Below are positions 1 through 12,071 of a DNA stretch of 64,000 bases, piece by piece. The notes beneath the pieces were generated by a model. The model was given only the letters and a program-made list of their open reading frames with translations, was not told the DNA's origin and did not search any database. Origin of the DNA: Camelus ferus (lineage: Eukaryota). Position 1 is the first letter of the stretch, and the number at the start of each line of letters is the position of its first letter. The DNA lies in NCBI RefSeq assembly GCF_009834535.1, contig NC_045697.1, forward strand, positions 76,200,001 to 76,264,000, in the 5' to 3' direction. The position numbers and the translations under genes were made by a program.

Positions 1-744
1 CCTTGGGATCTTTGTCAAATGAAGATATTTGGATTTTATCACTGAATCTATACAGTTCTAACTTTTACATTTCTGATTATTTCTCATATCATTCAATATG
101 TCCATTCTTTGCAGGGGATCCAGAGCACACCCACAGAGAGTTCTGTGAAATCCCAACTCATCATATTTATTACTTATTTTATTTCCTGATTTTTCAAAAA
201 ATTATGGATTTGAAACTCACTGTCACTGTTGGTGATCATAAACCTTGGCTGGGTTGAGAAAACTGAGGTTTGTAAGTAGCTGAAGGAAGGTCCAGGAGAT
301 AGTCTCTGGGTAGCTCTCTGCCTAGCAGAGAGCTTGTTGGTTGACTGCATCATGGATGGTGTGCGCCACCAGAGGCCTGGGCCCTGTGCCCTGGGGGAGC
401 CCTCCCCATGCAGCCTGGCTCATGTTCTTCTGGACCGAATTGGCTTGAGTAGCTGCCCTGAACCTCATGTTACATTGAGCTGGCTCTAGTCTCTGACTCA
501 GAATATTAGGAATTCGGTTCCCAATCAAAATAATAACATCAAGTTTTATTGTTTTTACTTTTAAACTATACAAATCGGATACTTATTGTAGAAAATTTAG
601 TAAATACAGATAAGCAATAAAGAAAAAAGGAGGATCACTGATTTTGAACTATAGAGCTTTCCATTTTTGTTATTGCACTTTGTTTATATGTTATGAAATT
701 ATGGACGTTTGAAATAACATCATCTGTCTTGAAAATGAGGCCCA

Positions 745-980
745 GCATAGATGCAGAGTGTGGGCTCAGAAGCCAGGCTGACCAGGCTGGAATCCTAGCT
801 CCACCCACTAGCTGTGTGACCTCATGTGGTTTGCTCTTCCACTCTGTGCCTTAGTTTGCTCATCTGTGAAAAGAGGCATATAGAACCTGCCTTGTAGGTT
901 TGTTGTGAGGAGTAAGATTATACATAGGAAACTCTTATAGAACAGTGCTTGGCAGACCATTCAATGATTGGTAACTATTT
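745..980 (+). mobile_element. MIR SINE
   Basis: MIR core motifs: 'ggaatcctagctcc..ctagctgtgtgacct..ctctgtgccttagtttgctcatctgtgaaa..gttgtgagga..agaacagtgcttggca'. Boundaries approximate. Confidence 0.85.
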
Positions 981-1765
981 TCATTTTATTCTGTTGTATA
1001 TCAGTGTACCATAGCTTACTAACCTCTTACTGTTGGACATTTAAATGGCTTCTAATTTTTCACAATTGAGATGAAATCTCATAACTTCACACGTATCCTC
1101 AGGATAAATTCTTGGTCCTGCACTCACTGAGTATGCACATTTTCAGGTTTTGAATGTATGTTATGAAAATTAAAATCGTCCTTACACTCAGCCAAAGAAC
1201 ATCGACATGAGTGCACAGACGTGTTCCATCCCCCTCAAATGCCAGTGCTGGTGAACGGGCTGGGCTTTCACATTCCCTATTAGAATGAGAACTGCAGTCT
1301 ATTTCCATAATATATACATATCTGTGATCTTCATCTTAAATGCAAAGTAGATGCCCTGAGATACTATTAAACTGTGAAAATTTAATTAAATTGAAGGCAG
1401 TCATTCTTTTCCAGAAATTAATTCACCTGGTTGTGCCTAGGCATGGAAATGTATCAGTGCTGAGCAATTCACCCGCAGCCCGACTGCTGGGCAGCAGCCC
1501 TGGGGGAGACACAAACTGCCTTAGGGAGCATGTGCTCCCCAGGGCAGAGGGACAAGGGCCTCCTGTCTCTCCTTCCAGCCTTCTTGTCTGTGCCGATTCT
1601 GACACTTCCCCAGAGCTTTGAGGCAGACCCTTTATACAGCCTGAGGGGAGGATGCAGTGTCCATCTCTGCTGGCTCCCTACCTCTGCTTGAAAATGCTTC
1701 AGCAAAATCATGCCCAGCCTGACAGGGACACTGATGGGGGATGTTCATCAAGCTGCAATGGACAG

Positions 1766-2053
1766 TGTATCAGTCAGCCTTCAGTCAGAGAACCAGAACC
1801 AGCAGGACACTGGAGACTCTCAGGCAGGAGCCCAGGCTGCTGGCTACAGATGGGATTTCTTCTTCCTCAGGAAAAACTTCAATATTGCTTTTATTGTTTT
1901 TCAGTTTATTGGAAGAGGCCCACCCAGATAATTGATGATCACCTCCTTTACTTAAAGCCAACTGACTGTAGATGTTAACCACATAAACAAAATACCCTCC
2001 CAGCAACGCCCAGACTAGTGTTTAGTAAGTGGGAATATTAGCCTAGTTGACAC
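1766..2053 (-). mobile_element. MLT2 (ERVL) solo LTR, internally deleted
   Basis: Minus strand starts 'tgtgtcaactaggcta' and ends '..ttctctgactgaaggctgactgatac'; internal 'cctttacttaaagccaactgactgtagatgttaaccaca' resembles MLT2. Confidence 0.75.
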
Positions 2054-2377
2054 ATCCCAGGCAGTCACAGGAAGCCAGCGTCCACGGATGCAGTCCGACT
2101 TGTGTCCCACCGGGTAGCCGTTCCTGAGCTCCACACCAGGCAGTGCGCAAGGTGGCTGAGCTGATGTAGGGCTGGGCCAACTCCTGTCCTTCTGAGAGGG
2201 GAGAGGGCTGACCTCTCCTCGTAGGAAGCCAGAAGGGAGCTTGCTATCCCTATTTTCATGCAGGATGATTTGGAACTTTCAGTTCACCAAGCTCATGTAA
2301 TTAATGATTTCAGAGGAAAGTACAGTACCCACTCGTAGGACTATTGGAAGCAGTAGAGGGTGAATCATGATAAAACT

Positions 2378-2681
2378 CAGTGTTTCCAAATGTGATTCCA
2401 GGATGAGTGCAGAGGAGTACTAGTTCTATGGGGTAGTAAGTAATAGGTACAAGATGAAGATTCCATAGTCAGAAAAAAGTTTAAGAAATTCTGGTTTAAA
2501 GTTAAATGTATTTCTTTATAGGAAAACTGAAAAGCCTCTTTAGTAGATTAATTCGAATGGACAACTCTTGAAAGGGGCCCTACTGTGCAGTACTTAATCA
2601 AGCTAACCTGATCACAAAATCAGTTTTTTTGCTGAGCACCTTTTGAGTCTGGTGTCCCATGAAAAACTTTGGGAAAAGATG
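2378..2681. mobile_element. hAT-Charlie-type non-autonomous DNA transposon relic
   Basis: Terminal 'cagtgtttccaaa' ... 'actttgggaaaagatg' resemble degenerate Charlie TIRs; subfamily not resolved. Confidence 0.55.
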
Positions 2682-4197
2682 TTATAATCTATAGTGTTAC
2701 CCCTCAGAGTACCCATTATATACTAGGCATTGTGATCAGTGTGTGGGAGAATACAGGGCTGTGTAAGACCCACACAGACCCTCATCTCATGGGGCTTATG
2801 TCTTTTTCTAGACATGTCCCGTGAGGAAGTGACCCCCTGATTCCTTAACTATTCCAGGTGGAACCCCAACAGACCTGCCATCAACCCTATTACACAAGTC
2901 TCCTTGAGGTTAAAGGATGACAGAAATGAGACCATGCGTCCAAACAAATAGTTTGTGCCTTGGCCGGAGGAAGGGAAGTGCTAAGAAAAATTACATCCAT
3001 CTTGCCAGATAACTGGATCAAAACAAGAAGAAAGAGAATCCTTTCATGTGGGGCAGGCAGTCTGGCAAAAGGCAATGCCTCTGAAGTTGATGGAAATAAA
3101 AGGTGGCCATTATCCCCTTCCTGCTGCCAGTATTTTCCCCGACAGCCAGAGACATCCTTGATGGAAAACCTTGGATGTGGGAAGATGCAAATAGCTAAAA
3201 AAAAAATCAGGTCTCTTGCTGCCATATAAAGTTAAAAAGCCAGCTGGGAAAGTCCATCCTGAGGTACTTACCTCTGGGTTCCTGGTCAGTTCCACTTTGC
3301 TAAAGAGGAATTTTAGTCCTTTGTGGGTCTGAAAAAAGCCAGATTGGCTGTCTCAGGCAGGACCGCTGATTCCTTGGTTTGCCACACCCTGTATCTCAGG
3401 GCCAAGCTCACCTGGCCAGCTAGAGCATATTTAGGCAGCTCCTAGTTGTGGTACAGCTGCAGGCTTCCTGCCTATGCCGGGGAGGTGCTTACGGGCAAAA
3501 TGGAGGAAGCGATTCTCTGAGAGGATCACTGGGAGACAGGAAGAACATGAAGGACAATCCTTCTGTCTTACACTTGTTGTCAATCACCAAACTTGTATTG
3601 AACATTTTTTTTTTAATGCAGTGTGTAAAAGAAGGGGACACTAAGGTAGGTCAGGTATCTTGACAGTAGAAAATTAATTCAAATTGTTAAATGATAAGTA
3701 GATGTTTTCCCAGGTTGCAGTTGAGCATGGACCTGAAATTTGTTCCTTTTATGTTTATTCTAGTTTCCAGTCTCAGCCTTCTCAGCCCCTTGCCCATAAT
3801 GCCTTCCATTTGCAGCCTTACCCAACTCTTAAATCAGTTCTGATCAGAACAGTGAGCAGATTTCATACCTTTGGCTTACGAGGTAGTGGGGCATGGCTTA
3901 ATCTTGTTGCTACAACCCTTTTTGGAGTGAGCACTTAGCTGCCCATTCAGTGGTAGCTTCCCCCTAATATTGTCCTCCCACTGATTTCCACTTCATCCCA
4001 TCTTGATGTTTAAATTTCCTTGATTTCTTCTAGATCCCTTTGGAGTCTGCAAAAGATACTACTTAACTTTGTAGGAGTTAGTCCTAAAGCAAGTCAGTTT
4101 CCTCAACCAAACTCACACTAAGCTCAAGCAAGATTAATCCAAGTGATAAAGAAAATTTTTGTTAAAAGTCACATGTGACCACGTGGAACCTTGTCAA

Positions 4198-4432
4198 TGG
4201 CAGTGGTCAATAATGCATGCTCAGGGGGCAGTCTGCGTGGCTTCAGATCTTGGATCTCCACTTACTACTGTATAATCTTTGGCAAATCACTTAATCTCAC
4301 TGGACCTTAGTTTTCTCATCTATACAATAGGTATACAAGCTCAAAGAACTGTTGTGATGATTAAAATGAATGACAAAACCCTTAGAGGAGTCAATTTCCA
4401 TAGTAAATGATCAATTAAGGTAGCTATTGCTG
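4198..4432 (+). mobile_element. MIR SINE
   Basis: 'ctccacttactactgtataatctttggcaaatcacttaatctc..cttagttttctcatctatacaatagg..gttgtgatgattaaaatga' MIR core. Confidence 0.85.
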
Positions 4433-5734
4433 TTACTTTTATTTTTCTGGTTAATCTAAAGGGACTCTCAGTTGAATAGGAACAACTCATCAATTTGGGT
4501 TCTGCTCTGAGAGAGTGGTAGGGCTGTGGGAAGTGCTTATCCAGACTGCTAAACCCACACTGGTATTTCATACTTGCAAAGAGTTCAAATTTGACCCTGG
4601 GAATGTTCACCTCCCAAAGCTGCTGTAATAACTTTGGAGTCAGAAGTTAAAATGTGGTCTACTCTTATTTTGAGTGCAAAGTAAAGATTGTCACCACTGC
4701 ACATCAGATCTACCCCTGATCCATTAAGCAGGGGCTTAGGGGTGGTGAAGCAGCCAATCTCTCACCTCATTTCCCCGCTGGAGCACTGCTGGGCTGGGTA
4801 CCCCTCCCCACCTTTGAACACCAAGCTTTGAACTGTTGCCTAAAACTCTCACACCTTTTCCTTAAGAAGACTTCTTAATTTGACTATTCCCCTCAGGGAA
4901 ATCTACTTGCCAAAAATTCCAACAGTAACTGTGGGCTGTGATCCTAAGGGTAAATTAGTATTGCATTTCTGGGCAATTTGCCCTAAATGCTAATGTATAA
5001 AACTGCACCTGGATAAGGACATTTTTCTTCTGAATCATAGGTTCATGGTCTACTTTTTACTCACAAGAAGAGAAAAGCTAGTTTTCTTTTCTTTTTTTTA
5101 AGCTAAGCACATTAAAAAGGGTCTCCCTCGCCAACAACCTGAAGTTAAGGGCGTTCACCTTTGCCTCCTCACAGCTCCTGGCCTAGTGTCTTGAACACAT
5201 AGACACTCCTGATAATACGGTGTCCTACAAAGGGGATGTGTGCTGGAGGCATAGAGTCGGGTTCAAATTCTAGTTCTACCACTTATTTACAGTGTTGGGG
5301 TCTTAAGTAAGTGACTTCTCTGAGAACCAGTCCAGAAGAAATTAGTGTAGGTAAAATGCCTGAAACACATTCTTCCGTTGCTGTATGTTATGTGATTGAA
5401 CTTGGAACTCCCTCCCAATTCCAGGGACCCTCCTGGACTCTTGAGAACTTACTTTACTGTACTTAATTTTATAAACTTTCCCCAAACCATTGCCGTTAGA
5501 AAATAACTCATTCTGCATAGCCTAATTTTTTTAATTATAGAGATTAATCACATTTACTCTTTTCCTACTAAGTTAAAAACTAATTATTATGCTTTTGGTA
5601 AAAATTAAACATTTTTCTAGTAGAATATAAATTATTCTTCAATCACTTTTATGAAGTCATTAAATCATTAGAACAGACATTAATGTTTTCTTTTTGAGTA
5701 ATTTTTTACTTCATGTCCTTTGAAAATTTTCAAT

Positions 5735-7480
5735 TCAAACTTCTAGGCAGAAAAAACAAATTACTTACCAAGAAAGATAATCAGATTGGAATCTGATTTT
5801 CATAAGCAAATACTACATGCTAAGAAATGATGGGTTCTAAAGGAAAAAGGACCATGGCCCCAGAATTCCCCACACAGCCAAGATATCGTTCAATTGTGAA
5901 GATGTGAAAAGACAGAAAAAACGTGCTGCCTACATATCTTTCATTAAAAAGTTATTGAGGTAAATACTCCAGCCAAATGAAAAATAAATCAGAATAAAGA
6001 GATCAATAAAGGATGCCAAGGTATACAAGATAGAGTAAGTATAAAATTTGTAACAACTAACCAATAATGTAGTTGTAAATTTTAATACATATTTTGAAGA
6101 TTTTTATTCCAGAAGAGAAAAATGATAACAAAAACATCATTCTGTAACTAAAATTTCAGTTTACTTCAATGAAGCCTAAATGCGAGGAGAGGAATTAAAA
6201 TCTTGCAGAAGATCTGATTGTGATGCTTGAGAAGAGATAGGTTAAAGATTCTGAATATTTCTTAACTTTGATAGGGAAATATAAGTTCACTTACATTTGT
6301 TAGTGTGAAATAGGCAAAAGCTAATAAAGAAGAAATGAAGCAAAAGACAAGGATAATAAGCTGAAGTACAGATTAAGATGGCAGGACTAAGACTAAATCA
6401 GTCATTAGTATATATCACAGGTTAGAACAAATGTAAATGAGTTAATTCTTATTCCTCATATCACTCAAGAACACACATACTAACAAGCAAAGTCTTTCCA
6501 ATTGAGTAAAAAACCAAGACCATTATTTCCTATTTATAAGAGACATACTTAAAAGTAAATGACAAAGAATTACTTTTAAAAAGAGACTTGAAAATATATA
6601 TCAAATAAATGCAAGCAAAGGAAAATTAGGAATAGAGATATTTATAAGAGAAAAGAAGAATTTAAGACAAAATACACTGTGTATAGAGGGGACTGTTATA
6701 ATATTAATAAAAGATAAAATTCACCAAGAACATATAACCTTTTGCATTGAAAAATGCTTCATTGAATTAAAAACTATTTGCAACTAATATGGCAAAACAA
6801 ATTTTACAAAAGTTCTTACAAATTAATTAGAAAAATATCAACACTCCAAAAAAAGAACAAGCCAAGTATACTAATAAGTAGTTCCTAAAAGAATACATAC
6901 AAATGTCCATTAAACATATTGAAAGGTCCTTGACCTCTTTATATTCAGTGAAATGCAGATTAAAGCCATAGTGACATTGTTCACAAATCCAATTGGCAAA
7001 GATTTTTAAAGTTACAATATTTAGTGTTTGTAAGGGTAGGAGGAAATCAGTCCTCTTAAGCAACTCTTGGAGGAAATGTGGATTGATAAAATATTTATTT
7101 TTGGAGAACAATTTGTCAGTATTTATGAAAAATTTTAAATGGGCTAATTTGTAAGAATTTATCTTACAGAAATATTCACATACATGCACAAAGATATATT
7201 TATAAAGATATTCAGTGTGGCATTATTTGTAGTAAAGAAAAATTAGAAATAACCTGTATGTTCATCAGCAGAAATTAAATTTTAGCACTTCCATACAGTG
7301 GAGTACTATGCAGCTGTTAAGAAGCATGCATTGATATGGAATAATTTCCATGACATATTAATGGGAAAAAAAAGCAAATTTTATACCAGTATATATAGTA
7401 TGAACATTTTTTATTTGTCTGTACATTGTGAAAAGTATAGAAAGTCCCCAGAAACTGGTAACAATACTTATCTCTGAAGT
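5735..7480 (+). mobile_element. Old L1M (L1ME-like) relic: ORF1 C-terminus, ORF2 endonuclease start, then ORF2 end and 3' UTR
   Basis: A-rich degenerate L1 motifs: 'aatcagattggaatctgatttt' (ORF1), 'aatgtaaatgag..caagaccattatttcctatttataagagacatac' (EN), 'gtgaaatgcagattaaagccatagtga', 'catacagtggagtactatgcagctgttaa' (3' end). Confidence 0.75.
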
Positions 7481-7859
7481 TGGGTTCAAACCATGGAATT
7501 GAATGAGATTGCTCAAGGTAAGCTAGAATAAAGAGAGAAAAATTCAAGAATGGAACATGTGAGTCATGAACATTTAAGGGTAGGAAGCCAGACCCAAACC
7601 TACATTCCAACCATTTCTCTATCCATCCACCCATAAACCATCACTAGGGGCCTACTATGCACTTAGTGCTGGGGACATAAAGATAAATATCAGGTACAAT
7701 TTCTTTCTTGAGAGGCCCTCAGCACAGAAAAGATCAGTATACCCCCTTTAGATAATTCAAAGTAACAATAATGCTAAACCCTGAAGAAGTATGGAAGTTA
7801 AACAAAGGAGGTTGTCAACAGCACAAAGTGCACAAATCCAAGTGCTTGAAGACTGAAGA

Positions 7860-8612
7860 ATACACATCCAAGCAATTCTTAGATACTGACGGGGTGTCCT
7901 ACAGTTCAGCTCCATTCTGACACTATCTGCCTGGAGATAGCATCTGATTCCACAGGTTAAGGGCTCAGTTCCAAAAGACTGCCCTGTACTTCAGGTGCCA
8001 GTCACAAGTCCAGGTTGCTACCTATGCTTCTGACCGACTGGCTACAAGTCAGAGGTTCCCACCATCCCCTCCTTGGGTTTGATTAATTTGCTAGAGTGGC
8101 TCACAGAACTCAGATAAACATATTACTTACTAGATTACTGGTTTATTAAACAGGATATACGTAACTCAGGAACAGTCAGACAGAAGAGACAAACGGCAAG
8201 TTATGGGGAAGGGGTGTCGAGCTTGGCACTCTCTCTGAGCATGTCACTCGTCCTGAATCTCCACCTGTTCAACAACTCAGAAGCTCTTGTCCTTTGGGTT
8301 TTTATGGAGGCTTCATTACATAGTCATGATTGAGTAAATCAATGGTCATGGGTGACTGATCCAACCTCTAGCCCCTTTCACCTCCCCAGAGGTAGGTAGG
8401 TGGGACTGAAAGTTCCAACCTTCTAATTACTTGGTTGGTTCTCTTGGCAATCAGCACCCATCCTTAGGTGCAGTCCAAAAGTCACCTCATTAACATAGCC
8501 AAAGACACTTTTCTTGCCCTGTCCCTTAGGAAATTCCAAGGTTTTAGGAGCTCTGTGCCAGAAATGGAGATGAAGCCCTAATATATATTTCTTATTATAT
8601 ATCACAATATCA
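7860..8612 (-). mobile_element. MER21-family ERV solo LTR
   Basis: 'ctgacactatctgcctggagatagcatctgattccacaggttaagggctcag', 'gggtttgattaatttgctagagtggctcacagaactcag' and terminus 'tcttattatatatcacaatatcac' match MER21. Confidence 0.85.
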
Positions 8613-9074
8613 CTATTGATGCTAAACTCATCATTAGCCTGATCTATGACATGTGGTATTCTGCTTCAAATAAACTTGTTTTTATCTCAAAAAAATAGTG
8701 TCTATATTGGAATATAGATTCTATTAAAGCCATAAATGAATGAACTCGGTTCTTTTAAGTGCAACGAAACAGAATTCCATGCATAAAGGGAAGAAACCAG
8801 CCCAATGATTTCATATCCTCTGTTCTTTTCAAAAGTAATATCCAAACAACATTCAGACACAGCCCGTGCTGTATTGACCCCTGTGCCTGAAGATAAGAAT
8901 CTGCAGCTATCTGGGGAAAATCCCAGATCTCAGAGTGGGCACTGGTCTCTCAGCATTGGGGGTGGATGGCCGAGGGTTGACATGGCCCATAGCAGGGTCA
9001 CTGAAGCTTGTCCAGAATGTCTTTCTTATAAATAGTAAAAGGTCTCTATTTTTGCCTCATGTTTGTGTATATTG

Positions 9075-9580
9075 TTAAATAATTACCACAATAAGTCTAG
9101 TTAATATCCATCATCATCCACTGTTAAAAGAAATTTTTTCTTGTGATGAAAACTTAAGATCTACTCTCAAAGCAACTTTCAAATATACAGTATAGTATTA
9201 TTAACTAGAGTCACAGTGCTGTGCGTTACATCCCCATCAGTTATTTATTTTATAGCTGGACATTTGTACTTTTTAACCCCTTTTACCCATAAAAACCCTG
9301 TCCACCCACCTCCTCCTCTTGCAACCACCAATCTGTTCTGTTTGGAATTTTTTTTCTTGCTTTTGAGTTGTATAAGTTCTTTATATATTTTGGATTTTAC
9401 CCCTTATCAGATACCCGATTTGCTGTGCAAAAGCTTTTTAGTTTGATGTAGTCTCACTTTTAAAATTTTTTTTCTTTTGTTGCCTTTGCTTTTGGTGTCA
9501 AATCCAAAAAAAAAAAAAAAAAAAAAATCATTACCAAGACAAGTGTCAAGGAACTTATCACCTGTTTTCTTCTAGAAGTT
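9075..9580 (-). mobile_element. L1MA-type 3' end and ORF2 C-terminal fragments
   Basis: 'aagatctactctc..gcaactttcaaatatacagtatagtattattaacta' (L1MA9-like 3' UTR) and 'gctgtgcaaaagctttttagtttgatgtagtc' (antisense ORF2). Confidence 0.8.
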
Positions 9581-10049
9581 TCCAATCTTTTAAAGTGCTT
9601 TTCAAAGAAGTAGCTGTGGGCCCACATTTTGAAAGCTACTTATAATTAACTTCCCTTTGCTTTACTTGGGACACAAAAAGACAAATTTCTCTCTAATCTG
9701 TTTATGGAGGGACACATAACAAAAAAGGAAGCAAATGGGATTTTAAAACCAAAATGGTTCTAACTACAGTTCCCTTCAATGCAGACAGAAAATGGCCACC
9801 TTTCTTGAGTACTGTGGTCACAATCTATTTGTTTCATTTGAGTCATATATAGGGAAAGCCATTCCATTTCCAGCTCAAATGTCTTGCCCAAATTGGAGGT
9901 TTTCCTGATCATCCTCTATAATACTAGATACTTAGATTTGGAACAAGACAGGAGGGTCTGTCTGGCTTCTCCATTCCTACCCACTTGGTGCCACAAATGG
10001 AGTTTCTAGCCCAGCTGCTCCATCCAACAGCTATGCTGCTCCAGGTTTC

Positions 10050-10365
10050 TTACATCTGTGATGAAATCTGGGCCCATGTTTCCATGATTTTCACATCCTG
10101 CTTTCCTTGCCTGAAAATCCCCTTCCCTTCCCCCCAACCTGGCTACTACTATTTCTTTTTTCAGTTTTTAGCTCAGATACTAGCCACTACGGGAAGCTAT
10201 CCTAGGGTCAGCCTTGGCTAGTATCTGTCTTTGCATTTATTATAGCAAGAATCCTGTTGTTGGTTTACTGATCTGAATCCTCCATGAGGCTAGAGCTGTT
10301 TGAGGACAGGTTGGCACCCAGCGCAGGGTATCACATGTGGTCGGTCAACCAGCATTCAATAAATA
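10050..10365 (+). mobile_element. L2 3' fragment
   Basis: 'cagctcagatactagccac..ggaagctatcct', 'gagctgtttgaggacagg', ending 'cattcaataaatac'. Confidence 0.6.
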
Positions 10366-10384
10366 CTTCCTGGGTTGCTCTGTA

Positions 10385-11380
10385 AATGATCAGGTGAGCA
10401 GGGATACCTCTTTTCCTGAGACAGGACTGAAGTGAGAGAGGCAGTGTGACAGTAGAGCTGATTGGGGAGGTTGGGGCAGACACGGAAGTTGTACTCGCTC
10501 ACAGGCACCTGCTTTCTCAGTGAAGGAGGAGCTTAGGGCCCCTGCCGAGAGCAGGGAAGGCAGGAAGCTGGTAGGACCCTTAAGGAAAATAGGAAAGATT
10601 TGGACCAGCTGTTTTAGAGAACGGAAATGGAGTAGATGAGAAACCCTTGAGGGCCCAACTGAGGATGGAGCTCATAAATTTATAATGGAGACCAGCAACA
10701 TGAATATGCAATTTTCTCCAGAGAGGCTTAGCAGACCTGAACTAGAAATAGACAAAATAATGCTAGCTTCTATTTATTCATGCCTTCTATGTGCCTGGAC
10801 CTATGCTATATGGTTAAGATGCCCATTCTCTATTCCTTGTGACAAAGCCTGTAATGTAGGTATCATTATTTTCATCATATGGATGGAAAAACTGAGGCTT
10901 ATGGGGGTTAATAACTTAATAAAGCCACACAGCTGGCATTTGGCAGAAGCAGATACAAACCACAGACTGGTTCTAAAGGCGAGGACCATGTCTGGGCTGT
11001 GTCATTCCACTGATCTTTCTATGGGTCCAGTTAGGTTGAGCTGAGCTGGGGTTGGTCACGGTGAAGGCAGTGAAAGGACAAGGGAGACTAGGAGGAAGGG
11101 TGCTGGGTAGCGTGCTGTTGGAATGACTAACTGTGGGCTCTAGGTGAGCTGGTATCTGAATCCAGGCATGTCTGGAGATCTCTAAGTGGTGGGAAACTAA
11201 AGGCATCAGTGTTATCAAAGAATAGATTTTAAAATGGTAAAGGAATAGCAGGAGGGCATAGGTAGCAGGATGTGGTTTGTGCTTATGAGTTCAAAATGAC
11301 CCAAGTCCAGGTGGTGATAAAGCTAAGGTGTGGCCATGGGAATGGACATGAGGGAACCAGAATGAAGGAGATGGTAGAAG
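10385..11380 (-). mobile_element. L2 internal fragments interrupted by an antisense MIR (~10765-10978)
   Basis: Purine-rich antisense L2 ORF2-like text; the MIR shows 'atggatggaaaaactgaggctt..ccacacagctgg..ggcagaagcag'. Confidence 0.55.
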
Positions 11381-11848
11381 TACAGACCCTTCTGTATTGT
11401 TTCTTGGAAGGTTAATGCCTGGCACAATTTAGATTTTCACTATTTACAGAATGTATGAATAAATAAAAGGATAAACACCAAGAGAAACTATGAAGTAGTG
11501 GGGCTTCTTTACTTGTGTGGTTTGCGAGCAAGTATCACTCTTCTGTAATCCCGGTATACCCATCATCTAATAAAATAGATGAAGAGAGGAAAGGGAAGTT
11601 TGCCATCTAAAATGATAACAAAGTGCTCCCTTGAAGCAACTGTCTGGTTTTGGAAAGTGGAGTAATAGAGGCTTAAATTTTTAGAAGAGAGGCCTGTTTG
11701 ATGGGGAGAGAAAAGAAAGTTCAGTGAAAGCAAAGTTATTGTTATTATGGGTGGGAATATGCTGATGCAGTTATGAAGTGAGGATCTTCTATTACTCTGT
11801 GCTTTGTTCCTGTGCGGTACATGAATTAACACCCATGAGGCCCTTCAG

Positions 11849-12071
11849 AAAAGATAGTGTGAAAAAAAAAAAGAATTTCATTTTCGAAGGGAACATTTAG
11901 ACGTAGTTTACAATCTTGAATTAAGCAGCTTTAAAAAAAACTTGTATTTTCCTATTTACTTATCACTTATGAAGCAACTGACAATTTCCCCTAGTTATTT
12001 TAAACAAGACTTATATTAAGAAGTTTAAATAAAATCATTAGGTTTTGGTTAAAAAAAAAAGATAGTGTGAA
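11849..12071 (+). pseudogene. TSD-flanked retrotransposed non-repeat fragment (5'-truncated mRNA 3' end or orphan L1 3' transduction)
   Basis: 15-bp direct repeat aaaagatagtgtgaa at 11849-11863 and 12057-12071; AATAAA at 12028-12033; A-run from 12051. Confidence 0.7.

Noticed and set aside
7480..7525. Strong donor AAG|gtaagc with an upstream AG
   Set aside because: Lies within L2-derived sequence; no support as an exon.
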